A stretch of DNA of 64,000 bases from Octopus sinensis (Eukaryota). The notes under the pieces are model-generated. The model did no database searches and was not told the DNA's origin. It saw nothing but the letters and a program-made list of their open reading frames with translations. Location: the NCBI RefSeq assembly GCF_006345805.1, contig NC_043006.1, positions 65,968,001-66,032,000 of the forward strand. Direction: 5' to 3'. The position numbers and the translations under genes are program-made. Within the stretch, counting starts at the first letter, position 1, and every line of letters starts with the position of its first letter. Positions 39,965 to 52,050 of the stretch are shown here, one piece after another.

Positions 39965-41992
39965 AAAGGAGGTACTGAGTGAAAGTATATGGTGAATGTT
40001 TTGTTTGTGTGCACGAATGTGTTGCATGTGCAAGGCATGTTGTGTGTGTGTATGTAGTTATGGAAAAAAGAAAACATGTATATCATCATCCTCATCATCA
40101 TTGTTTAGCATCTGCTTTCCATGCTGGCATGGGTTGGATGGTTTGACTGGGGACAGACAAGCCAGGAGGCTGCATCAGGTCCCAATTTGATCTGGCAGGG
40201 TTTCTACAGCTGGATGCTTTTCCTAATGCCAACCACTCCAAGGGTGAAGTGGGTGCTTTTTACATGCCACCAGCACAGGGAGCCAGTCAGGTGGCACTGG
40301 CATTGGCTACAACTACAATTTCCATTTTTGATTGAGATTCTGTGATTTTGATTTTTGATTTTACTTGACTCAAGTACCATGTATTGTCTGACAATTCTAA
40401 GATACAACACTCATTTATTTTTTCATCAAAGAAAATTTAAAGTTACAATAAAAACATTATCATAGTTATGATAGATGTATTATGATTAATGACACTGAAA
40501 ATATCAAAAACGAGGCTAACTAATTTAATGTGATAATATGTGCTAATAATTTTAATGAATTAAATATTATAACATTGACTTGATACTTACTGTATACCTA
40601 CCTACTTTTGCACCCCCACCCTGTATTGTAGTATATAAGTTTGATTTGGCCATGACCATCTCAGCTTTCTACATCATTTTATGTGGCCTTCTTTTTTTAA
40701 GATCATAGGGTGTGATTTGAGTGAGATGTGGCTGATATTTCTAGCAGGTTAAGTATAGAGTCTAATTCGTTGGCCTGTTGGATATGCATTAGATATAGAT
40801 TAGATATCTAAAGTTTCACAGTAAACAGGCATCATCATCATCATCATTATTTAATATCTGTTTTCAATGCTGGCATGAGCTGGGATGGTTTGACTGCAAA
40901 CTGGTAAGCCAGGGAGCTGCACCAGGTTCTGATCTGATTTGGTAAGGTTTCTACAGCTGGATACCTTTCATAATGCCAACAACTCCAAGAGTGTAGTGAG
41001 TATTTTTTACATGTTACCGGCATGGGTGCCTTTGACCAGACACCAGCATCGACCATGACTATGGTCTCAATTGGCTTGACAGGTGTACACAAGCACTGTA
41101 TATCGCCAAAGGTCTCGGTCCCGTCACTGTCTCCATGAGGTCCAATGCATGAATGGTGCTTTTTATGTGCATCATGCGATATATGTTTGAGAAGACCTGT
41201 TGAGTCAAGTAAAACCAATATTGTAGATGTGGCCAGCACCCCCTGACTGGCTCCCATGCCAGTGGCACAAAAAGTACCATCTGAATGCGGTCGATGCCAG
41301 TTCTGCCTGACTGGCTTCCATGCTGGTGGCACATAAATAGCACCATCCGAACGTGGCCAATGCCAGTACCCCAACTGGCTCCTGTGCTGGTGGCATGTAA
41401 AAAGCACTATTCAAACATGATCAATGCCAGTATCACCCTGACTGGCCCCTATGCTGGTGGCATGTAAAAAGCACTATCCGAATGTGATTGATGTCAGGCT
41501 TTCCTGACTGGCTCCTGTGCTGGTGGCACATAAAAAGCACCCACTACACTCTTGGAGTGGTTGGCATTAGGAAGGGCATCCAGCTGTAGATACATTGCCA
41601 GATCAGATTGGAGCCTGGTACAGCCTCCTGGCTCTCTAGACCTCAGTCAAACCATCCAACCCATGCCAGCATGGAAAACGGACATTCAATGATGATGATA
41701 AATATATTATTAAAGTTGACTGATATTATTACAAGTGATCAAGGCATATCACACTGAATCACAACACAGTTGAAGACAAACAGAATGGCACAAATCAGTT
41801 ACACAAACCTTTAACATAGAATGGAATGTATTGATGAAGGGAAGTCCAATGTTATTTGATAATTTGTAACTCCAACAGTATCCAAAAATGAACAGAACCT
41901 TAAGAGTGGCATGAGAACAAACAAATGGGTTATTTGGTACTGTTACAGTTGTTTCATTGAAAGTCATTATTATAAGATTATGCAATACATTT

Positions 41993-42119
41993 TGCATTTC
42001 TCAACTCATCAGGCTTACCAAATATACAAATGAGCAGTGACATGCTGCTGAATCAACAGCTCATCAGCATGTCATTGCTTGCTTGTACATTTGGTAAGCC
42101 TGATGAGTTGAGAGTTGCA
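41993..42119. repeat. ~55 bp-arm imperfect hairpin
   Basis: TCTCAACTCATCAGGCTTACCAAAT..GACATGCTG pairs with CAGCATGTC..ATTTGGTAAGCCTGATGAGTTGAGA. Confidence 0.85.
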
Positions 42120-42184
42120 TAACATATCAGAGAATATGGATGTTGTACTATGGTTATGTCACATCACAATAATCAAATCATTTA

Positions 42185-42360
42185 TTTAATGTGCTAGTTA
42201 AGCAATCAATCAGTTGCTTGTTAGTCAAAGTTTGTTTGTTGCTATTCGCGATCCTTTCAGTGATTTAAGAGATACAGCAAGTCATTGAAAAAGTTGTGAA
42301 TAGTGATGAAAGGACTTCGACTAACAGACAACCAATTGATTGCTTAACCAGCACATTAAA
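42185..42360. mobile_element. MITE-like element with ~45 bp imperfect inverted termini
   Basis: TTTAATGTGCTAGTTAAGCAATCAAT... pairs with ...ATTGATTGCTTAACCAGCACATTAAA. Confidence 0.65.
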
Positions 42361-44711
42361 CAAACAACTGGTTCATTAGTTGGTCAGATATTTAAGCAAA
42401 TGACTAACAAAGAAGTGATATTGAAGCAGTGAGTGTGCTATTCTTATTATTGGGGTAATGCCCCTCCCAAGAAAAACAGGATACAAACACTAAATGCTAA
42501 TAAACATTCAGCCAATCGTGACAGGTGAAATGGAGACATTTTAACACAACAAGCCAACTAGAACATGACAGAACTTGTAACAAAAGCTTTGTTTATTCTA
42601 TAGAATCATCATATCTAATTATTAACATATTTTATTGCTTTGAAGCTCATTCACTTTTCAAATACCTATCATGTATTATTGCTGTAATTTGTGGAGCATT
42701 TGAACGGTTGACATTTCTTGAACATGTGTTATTGAAATTATTTGTTCTGTGCTTTCTCTTTCCTTTAAGCTTTTATCCATTATTTATTTATTATTGCCAA
42801 AAAAAAAAGATGAAAATAATTCAAAACAAAGAAAACCCAAACTACAAATCATTTTAAGATCCAAGTGAATTTTCAACCCCATAAAAATTTCTTCCCTCCT
42901 CTCTCCTTCTCACACACACGCACATGCATATATACATGTGCGTGTGTGTATATAATATATAGACATATATATTGTTGTATTTCGAGTTTTTTTTTTTGGT
43001 TTTTTTGCTAAATAAACACATGTACTATACATTCGTTCTTCACTCATATATCACTCTTCTTAAATGGGTGAAGAATGAATATACAGTGCATGTGTTTAAT
43101 TGGCCCTAAAAAAGAAACAAAAACGACCATCCCAAAATACAACAATATCTGTTTCAACACACGATTTCACATCAGGAATCTTCTAACATAAATTCATAAA
43201 CGTGTATACATATATATATATATATATATATTAATATAAGCAAACAGCTAGTTAATTATAGATGTTTATTTTATAATACCAGTGGTTCTGTGGATTTTAT
43301 AATCCCGAAGGACATTACATCCTCAATTTGACAATATATATACGTATTATATATATGTATTATATATATTCTTTACTCTTTTATTTGTTTCAGTCATTTG
43401 ACAGCGGCCATGCACCACCTAGAGTCAAACAAATCAACCCCAGGATTTAATTCTTTGTAAGCCTAGTACTTATTCTATCAGTCTCTTTTTCTGAAACGCT
43501 AAGTTACAGAGACATACACACCAACATCGGTTGTCAAGCAATAGTGGGGACAAACACAGACACACAAACATATATATAAATATATCTGACGGGCTTCTTT
43601 CAGTTTCCGCCTACTAAATTCACTCACAAGGCTTTGGTCGGCCCGAGGCTATAGTAGAAGACACCTGCTGAAGATGCCATGCCGTGGGACTGAACCCAGA
43701 ACCATGTGGTTGGTTAGCAAGCTACTTACAACACAACCACTCCTGTGCCTTACCACACCACTCTTGCACCCATTATCACCATCATTATCGTTTAGCGTCC
43801 ACTTCCCATGCTGGTATGGGTTGGACGGTTTGACTGAAGATTAGTGAACCAGAAGGCTGCACCAAGCTCAATCTGATCTGACAAAATTTGTACAGCTGGA
43901 TGCCCTTCCTAATGCCAGTCATTCCAAAAGTGTAGTGGGTGCTTTTACATGCCACTAGCACGAGGGCCTGTCAAGTGGTTCTGGCAATGAGCATGCTCAA
44001 AAGGTGTTTTTTACGTGCTACCTGCACGAGAGCCAGTCCGGTGGCACTAACAACAACCATGCTCGAATGTTGTTTTTCACGTGCCACATACACACATGCA
44101 CATAAACATATTGGTGGTGCCATATAAATGGCACACGTGAGTTGTGGTCATTGACAGTGGCACATAATTGGCACCTGTGCTGGTGGCACATAAAAACATC
44201 CATTACACTCCTGGAGTGGTTGGCATTAGGAAGGGCATCCAACTGTTGAAACCATGCCAAATCAGACTGGAGTCTGGCACAGCCTTCCTGCCTGCCAGCC
44301 CTGGTCGAACCGTCCAATCCATGCCAGCATGGGCAACGGACGTTAAATGAATGATTAGATGTGTGTATGTGTGTGGAGCCATGTAGAAAGCACCCGTGCT
44401 GGTGCCACATAAAAAGCACCCAGTACACTCTGTAAAGTGGTTGGCATTAGGAAGGGCATCCAGTAGACACTGAAGTATGATGCAATCGTGGAACGCAACG
44501 GATTCTGTCAAAATGTCCAACCCATGCCAGCAAGGAACATAGACATTAGATGATGATCATGATGATAATGTATACAGGTGCAGGAGTGGCTGTGTGGTTC
44601 TGGGTTCAGTCCGAGTGCGTGGCACCTTGGGCAAGTTTCTTCTTCTATAGCCTCAGGCTGATCAAAGCCTTGTGAGCAGATTTGGTAGACAGAAACTGAA
44701 AGAAGCTCGTC

Positions 44712-46776
44712 GAACTATGGTCATCCCTCAAAGCATATGTAATCTGGTTGACTGACCAGGCAGTTCCCGTTGGGCTTCCCAAGAAGAAGAAACACAAGCC
44801 CTGGGTGACGAAGAAGGTTAAACGAGAACTTCGACTCAGAGATATTGCTTGGGCTGAATTAAAAAATCTGGATTTGACTGCAGCTTTTGAGGTGTACAAA
44901 ACTCAACGAGACCGAGCTGTGAAAATTGAAAAGGAAGAACGCTTCAGTTATGAATACAAAATCGCGGCAAATGCCAGTAGCAATCCAAAAACCTTCTTTG
45001 CCCATGTCCAACGGAATTCCCGCTTGAACAACCAGATTGCAACGTTGGTAGACTCAACAGGCGTATCAATTGAGGACCCTTATCAACAGAGTCAATTATT
45101 TGCCGAGGCTTTTTCAACTATTTTCAAACAAGATGACGGTCGTGAACCCCCTCCATTTGATAGATCGGTACCTCCAATGTTTCGATTGGTCATCACGCGG
45201 GACGAAGTCAAACGTGTTATTCAAGGCCTCGATGTCAACAAGGGTCACGGCCCTGACGGCATACACCCACGGGTTATCAAAGCATTGGCTCCGGTCATCT
45301 GCGAGCCCTTAACACGTCTATTCAATATGTCATTGGCGACAGGTGTTATACCTGCGGACTGGAGAACAGCGATAATCTGCCCAATTTTCAAGAAAGGGAG
45401 CCGCGAAGACCCGGTCGGTAGTTAAGCGGGTCTTCGTGGCTCCCTTACATCAATAATCAGCAAGATGTTCGAAACCATCCTTAAGAAAAGTATGATGCTC
45501 CACCTCCAAAACACAGCCTCCATCTCTGATTCCCAACACGGCTTCATGCCGAAGAGATCATGCTTGACCAACTTACTGGTAATGGAAGAATTGGTGACGC
45601 GCATCCTCGATGATAGTGATGCTGTTGACATCGTTTTATTGGACTTTGCCAAAGCTTTTGACTCGGTAAACCACCGCCTATTACTTGTCAAGCTTCAAGC
45701 ATATAGTTTCCATCCGGATATTGTACGATGGGTTGGTGCCTTCCTCTCAGATCGCTCCTTCCAAGTCCAAGTTAATGGTTCGCGGTCCGACGTCTCCAGT
45801 GCGAGCAGTGGCATGCCTCAAGGTTCAGTGCTTGGGTCCTTATTGTTCTTAGTCTTCATAAATGACTTGCCCGACGACCTCACGCAACACACCCTTCTAT
45901 TTGCCGACGATGTCAAACTGGTCTCTCCTCGCGGTGATATAGAGGATCTTCGTCGATGCCTCCACCAAATTTGGAGGTGGTCTAACGAATGGGACCTGTG
46001 TCTGAACGTGTCAAAGTGCTGTCATCTGCCTGTTGGCTCTCCTCCTGCAACTCAACTTGATTTCGAGCCGGGTCGTCTGCTGCTGGAGAGAACCGATCAG
46101 GTAAAGGACCTGGGTATCTTGGTGGATTCCTCCTTTTCGCCTTCAGCCCAGTGCGTCCATGCTGCCAACAAAGCACGCGGAATTCTGTTCTTGATTCGAC
46201 GGTCATTCGGAATGCTCACAGCAGCCATTTTCCTACCACTCTATGTCACGCTGGTGAGACCCATATTGGAATACGGGATTCAAGCCTCTTCTCCTTATCT
46301 CCTCAAGGACATACAGCATCTCAAAAGAGTCCAGAAGCTGGCTACCCGCATGGTTCATGGTCTCAAAAATTTGTCCTATGAAGAAAGGCTGAGGACGCTC
46401 GACCTTTATTCTCTAGAAAAACGCCGCCGTCGTGGTGATCTCATTCTCGCCCACAACATCATAAGCGGAAAGTGTAACCTCTCGAAAGAGCTGTTCTTCA
46501 CTCCTGCTCCAGAGCGTCGGCTGCGGGGTCATTCCAAAAAGCTCTACCTGCGATGATTTCATCTCAATCGAAGGAGAGGAGCTTTCTCCGTCCGGGTTGC
46601 GGATCCGTGGAACAAGCTGCCAGACGAGATGGTGAAGATGCCGACGACCGCTTTGTTCAAAGCCTCCCTTGACCTCAAGTGGCCTGAACTCTTTACATGA
46701 ACACCACCCTGTACTTAACTCCATGTCCCCCTACATGGCCTTGCTATTTGCTTTTGAGCCAATTTAACTAACTAAC
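44712..46776 (+). mobile_element. Young 5'-truncated CR1-clade LINE (RT ORFs 44748-45425 and 45465-46556)
   Basis: GPDGIHPRVIK, QHGFMPKRSCLTNL, LDFAKAFDSV, PQGSVLG and FADD motifs. 3' stem-loop CCATGT-ccccct-ACATGG and (TAAC)n tail. Confidence 0.93.
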
Positions 46777-47949
46777 ATATCAAACACCATGCTTGATTGC
46801 TAAATCTACAAGTTTTTTATTCTCTGTTTATTTTCTCTTATTCCTTTCTGTTGAAGAGCATAGGCTTGAAATGTAAAAGACTTTCTCACTTTTCCAAGTG
46901 TCAAACTAATACACCTGCTTGTTGTTCATACACCAGTCTTCGTCTTTTCTGTAAATTTCAACTATATATGTATGTATGTATCTGTGTGTTGGTGTTTGCC
47001 CCCCATCATCATTTGACAATCAATGTCGGTGTGTTTATGTCCCCCATAACTTAGCAGTTCGGCAAAAGAGAGACCGATAGAATAAGTACTAGGCTTACAA
47101 AGAATAAGTCCTAGAGTTGATTTGTTTGACTAAAGGCGGTGCTCCAGCATGGCCACAGCCAAATGACTGAAACAAATAAAAAAAATAATAAAAAAATACA
47201 AACACACATGCTTTTATGTATTTGTCTTTCCCCACTGCTACATGACCAGTGTTGGTTTGTTTACATCTCCTAACTTAGTAGAAAGGCCAAAAGAGATTGG
47301 TACATTAAATACCAGACTTAACCAAAAGAATAAGTATTGGAGCTGATTTATTTCAGCTAAAACCCTTCAAGGCGATGCTCCAGCATAGCCACAACCCAAT
47401 GACTGAAGCAAGTAAAAGATAAATAATAGGAGTTCCAGACTTTTAAGTTTACATCTCACACAACTAAAAGTTCTTCAAGGCAGTGCCCCAGCATGGCCAC
47501 AGTCTAATGATTGAAACAAGTAAAAAAAAAAAAGTTTTTATAAACATTCTGAAAATAATTACAGATAAAGAATTAGCTTTTTTAAAGAATTTCCTAACAA
47601 TAATCATTAAATTTTATATAATTATAAATAATTATTCCTGTATCCTTAATTGTGGAAACTGAGGGAATGGGAGGTGAATCATTTTATTATTGTTTTTGAG
47701 TACTGCTATACTTTAAATGTAATTAAATCATATTTAGACACAGCAATTTCAAATTGTACTCAATTCCTTCATTGAATAATATTTTTAGAATTTTCAATAT
47801 TGCAATCATATTCTAAGTTTAGGGTATTTGGGAGTAGAATTTTAACAAGGCTGATCAAAGAGAGGGAGAGAGAGAACACAGACAGACAAATGGATAGAGG
47901 GGACTGGATACATAGGTAGACAGCTGGCTGGATGGATAAGTAGACCGAT

Positions 47950-48100
47950 AGATGGATGGATAGATGGAGAGACAGATAGACTGATAGATAGACAGACAGA
48001 CCAATGAATAGACACATGGAAAGCTAGACAGACAGGCAGACAGAGATAGATAGATAGACAAACAGACAGATACAAAGATGGATAGACAGATAGATAGATG

Positions 48101-48161
<61 letters not shown>

Positions 48162-48284
48162 TGATTATACAATAATGTGGGGTGTATGGTTAATACCATA
48201 TAGTTTTCTGGTGCATCTAAGTTAAGTACCGCATTCAAGTGAATTCATTAGAAGTGACTTGAATCTTAATTGCTTTTACTTATC

Positions 48285-48380
<96 letters not shown>

Positions 48381-48549
48381 GTAGGTAAACAGATAGATGG
48401 ATGGATAGATGGAGAGACAGATAGACTGATAGATAGACAGACAGACCAATGAATAGACACATGGAAAGCTAGACAGACAGGCAGACAGAGATAGATAGAT
48501 AGACAAACAGACAGATACAAAGATGGATAGACAGATAGATAGATGGTTT

Positions 48550-48589
<40 letters not shown>

Positions 48590-48620
48590 GGTAGGTAAAC
48601 AGATAGATGGATGGATGAAC
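47950..48620. repeat. Direct duplication of a ~160 bp (GATA/GACA)-rich segment, plus a partial third copy
   Basis: About 47950-48110 is identical to about 48395-48560 (unique core ccaatgaatagacacatggaaagctag). Confidence 0.9.
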
Positions 48621-49090
48621 TGATGGGTAGACAGATTGTTCGACAGATAGATGCTGTTCGAACTCAAATCTGATCGATCAAACCTATTAAAACATGGTGT
48701 CCCAATCGTAAACTATCCTGGCATAGTATATCAAGGACTACGTTACCCAATAGGTTCTTGTCTAAGACAGTCGGATGTGATATGAGGCAAATTTGACATT
48801 AGAGTTCTAATGGGGCGAATGAGCTCGTTGGCTGGTTTCATCTGTTTTCAGACTTGATGGGAAGTCATAATTTTTTCCCATTAAGTCAATCATCAACATT
48901 CTGTAAATGGATCTCCGTCGGTCTCGATGATGGGTATTGCAGTTGTTGCATCAACCGAAAAGTCTATTTATAGAAATATTGTGTTAAGTTGTTAAATATT
49001 CCACAGACACTTGTGTCGTTGACGTAATTTTTTGACAGAACGTTTGCTCTTCGAATTATAATTACAGACCTCAATGCAGCATGTTTCCTC

Positions 49091-49938
49091 ACATTCTGTG
49101 CATACAAGCTATGCCTTACCAAATATAAATACTAACGTAGTTCTAGATACAGATGGGATGGTCATAACTGGAACGCTTTGGTCATGGATCGGCTTGATCA
49201 GAGTTGAACTCAACACTAACTACATAGATAAACATTCTGTGCATACAAGCTATGCCTTACCAAATATAAATACTAACGTAGTTCTAGATACAGATGGGAT
49301 GGTCATAACTGGAACGCTTTGGTCATGGATCTGCTTGATCAGAGTTGAACTCAACACTAACTACATAGATAAACATTCTGTGCATACAAGCTATGCCTTA
49401 CCAAATATAAATCCGTAACGTAGTTCTAGATACAGATGGATGGTCATAACTGGAACGCTTTGGTCATGGATCGGCTTGATCAGAGTTGAACTCAACACTA
49501 ACTACATAGATAAACATTCTGTGCATACAAGCTATGCCTTACCAAATATAAATCCGTAACGTAGTTCTAGATACAGATGGATGGTCATAACTGGAACGCT
49601 TTGGTCATGGATCGGCTTGATCAGAGTTGAACTCAACACTAACTACATAGAAAACATTCTGTGCATACAAGCTATGCCTTACCAAATATAAATACTAACG
49701 TAGTTCTAGATACAGATGGGATGGTCATAACTGGAACGCTTTGGTCATGGATCGGCTTGATCAGAGTTGAACTCAACACTAACTACATAGATAAACATTC
49801 TGTGCATACAAGCTATGCCTTACCAAATATAAATCCGTAACGTAGTTCTAGATACAGATGGGATGGTCATAACTGGAACGCTTTGGTCATGGATCTGCTT
49901 GATCAGAGTTGAACTCAACACTAACTACATAGATAAAC
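49091..49938. repeat. Tandem array of six 140-142 bp units
   Basis: Unit starts (CATTCTGTG) at 49092, 49233, 49374, 49515, 49655 and 49796; only a few variant sites. Confidence 0.98.
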
Positions 49939-50666
49939 AACAATTACAATTTCTGACAGCCTCAAAAGCTTATAAGTTTTTAGGTGGGGTCAGTCCCTAA
50001 AATGGAACCAGTACTAATTTTAGACTGCACTTCCGGCTGAGAATTGAATTCGGAAATGTAAAATAAAGCCACGCCAATTCTTAAGTTATGTGTCTCAGAT
50101 TATAATGGAAACGTTTCTTACATTACAAAGTGTCGTTACATCTCAGCACTTGACTGCAACTTTTATATCAATTCCCGAAGGCTGAAAGCCTGTGTAAAGT
50201 TAAAATTCTCTTGATTAAAACCGTAAACTTCAAAGAATATACAATAAACATGCAAAATGTTTTTTTTTAAAAATACACACATACAGGATCTTTTGTCAAA
50301 GGCAACCTCATCAAGATTTTTGAAAAGAAAAGGCGAAGAAGATCAGAAGAATTGTAAACTTTTCGGCCGAGACTCTACTCGTTTCCCCCACTCCAAATTG
50401 TTTTCTCTTACTTTTCTCTTTCTGCATAACTTCATTTGATTTTGTAATTGAATAATCTGGTGTGTTTATTTTAATGGCCTGTGAAATATCGGGAAGACAG
50501 CAAGAAATACAAACAAAATTGAAAAACGAAGAAATATAATAATAATAATTGTAAAAACGGTAAAAATCGAAATGAAGTTCTAACCCAGCTCTCAGCCGAC
50601 GGCCGAGATACAAAAATAAAATAAATCTGAAATGGACTCAAACATTTATGAAAGGGTTGGACTTAC

Positions 50667-51497
50667 TTGTGATATAATTACTCCTCCATCTAAAGTACAT
50701 TTTCCATCTTTTTGGACAGCTCCCAGGTAGACATCTTCACTGACACTGATATCACTGACCAAGTCGAATACTTTCTCACCACGGACGTAGGTTTTGTCCG
50801 AGACGAACATGTAATAATCAAATGTATTAGAGTAGTGATCTCCCAAGTATTTGAGAATAAGCAACGGTAGGATGTGTTCGGAGTTGGCCTGAGAAAAGCC
50901 GATCACTGTCATACCGCTCCCTGCGTAGTTCATGCTTTTCTTGTTGTTGAAGAACACCAGTTTGGTAACATGGTGAGCAACACTTTTATTAAAGGCCACT
51001 GCCAGTGTATCCAAACTCTCAGGTGAAGTTATCACGGCCACAAATAGCTTCTCACGGATGCCCAGTTCGGTGGAGATATAACGAGGTCTGGCCATCTTAT
51101 GGAATTTAATTCCTGGTGCAGGAGGCCCGACCGGGATAGAATCGTGGACATTGCCTTGGCCTTGCAGTTTTAACCTCGGTTCATTCTTCTTGTTGATATT
51201 GTCTGCATTGTTCACCGGGTTCTGTGCGTTGTTATCTTGCTGAGTTCGCTTCTGGTTCTGCGACGAGTCCAGCACCGCAGCTTGCGGTGGTGGTCCCGCG
51301 AACCGTTCTTGGACATGTAAAGACTTCGTTTCGCGTAGTTTGATCAGTTCTAGTTGTTTTTCTTCGTCGGTTTTAACAGAACATCGCTGCTCACTGATGA
51401 AAGGCACATAGATTAAACTGAAAGTAATTCCAAGACAAAGGCCGATGATACATGGAGCTACAGGTCGCCAACATAAACGGAACTTCCTTATCACCAT
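50667..51497 (-). CDS. CHPF: First coding exon (277 codons) of a chondroitin polymerizing factor / chondroitin sulfate synthase 2-like type II membrane protein
   Basis: ATG at 51497 (MVIRKFRLCWRPVAPCIIGLCLGITFSLIYVPF, an N-terminal signal anchor). RPRYISTELGIREKLFVAVITS...LAVAFNKSVAHHVTKLVFF matches the recalled human CHPF motif RTRYISTELGIRQRLLVAVLTS...LGVAVNRTLGHRLERVVF. FDYYMFVSDKTY lacks the DDD of CHSY1, as CHPF does. Phase-0 donor CAA|GTAAGT at 50667/50666. CHPF versus CHPF2 not resolved. Confidence 0.9.
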
Positions 51498-51499
51498 CT

Positions 51500-51736
51500 C
51501 GCTATGTTGAATTCCAAAATTTTGTTTGTTAGTCAATTATATATATTTTTTTTCGGAAGTTATTTCACTCAGTGTGTGTATGTATATTTATATACGAAAG
51601 AAAGAGAAAGAGAGATGTACGTGTGTGTGTATGTATATATGTATTATATACGAGATATCTATGTAATATTTTCCTTTGTAAGTATGTAATATATAAAGGT
51701 AGATATCAGAGTAAACTTTTTTAACCTCGGATGTTG

Positions 51737-51770
<34 letters not shown>

Positions 51771-52050
51771 ATAAAAGTTATGGCTGCCGTGCCAAAGTTG
51801 TGTGGAGGGGAAATATAAACTAAATTTAGTGACGTCGAATTAAGTAAAGTTAAGTTAAATTCATTATGCTCCTACGTGCGTGGTTCTTAAACGTTTCAGA
51901 GCAACAGCAACTGAGTGTTGACGACGTTACTTGTCACCCTCCAACTGACAATAATACTTCCACTACAAACACACGCACTCACAAAATCACTCTTGTACAC
52001 ACACTCACTCATACCTTCACTCACTCGTTGATTCACTCATGTACACATAC
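51500..52050 (-). promoter_or_regulatory. Probable 5'UTR/promoter region of the CHPF-like gene
   Basis: Non-repetitive sequence directly upstream of the ATG. CpG density across about 48700-52500 looks visibly higher than in the rest of the window. TSS not located. Confidence 0.35.

Noticed and set aside
49074-49418. 114-aa ORF with 47-aa repeats
   Set aside because: It is a by-product of the 141-bp period. Variant units introduce a frameshift and stop, and I recognised no homology.
49091-49938. CRISPR array or retrozyme interpretation of the 141-bp array
   Set aside because: The units are wholly repeated with no unique spacers, there are no cas genes, and the DNA is eukaryotic. The minus strand has CTGATCA, not CTGANGA, and no GAAA partner.
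51498-51536. Upstream TTG start given in the ORF track
   Set aside because: It is a non-ATG start. The ATG at 51497 fits the expected position before the signal anchor.
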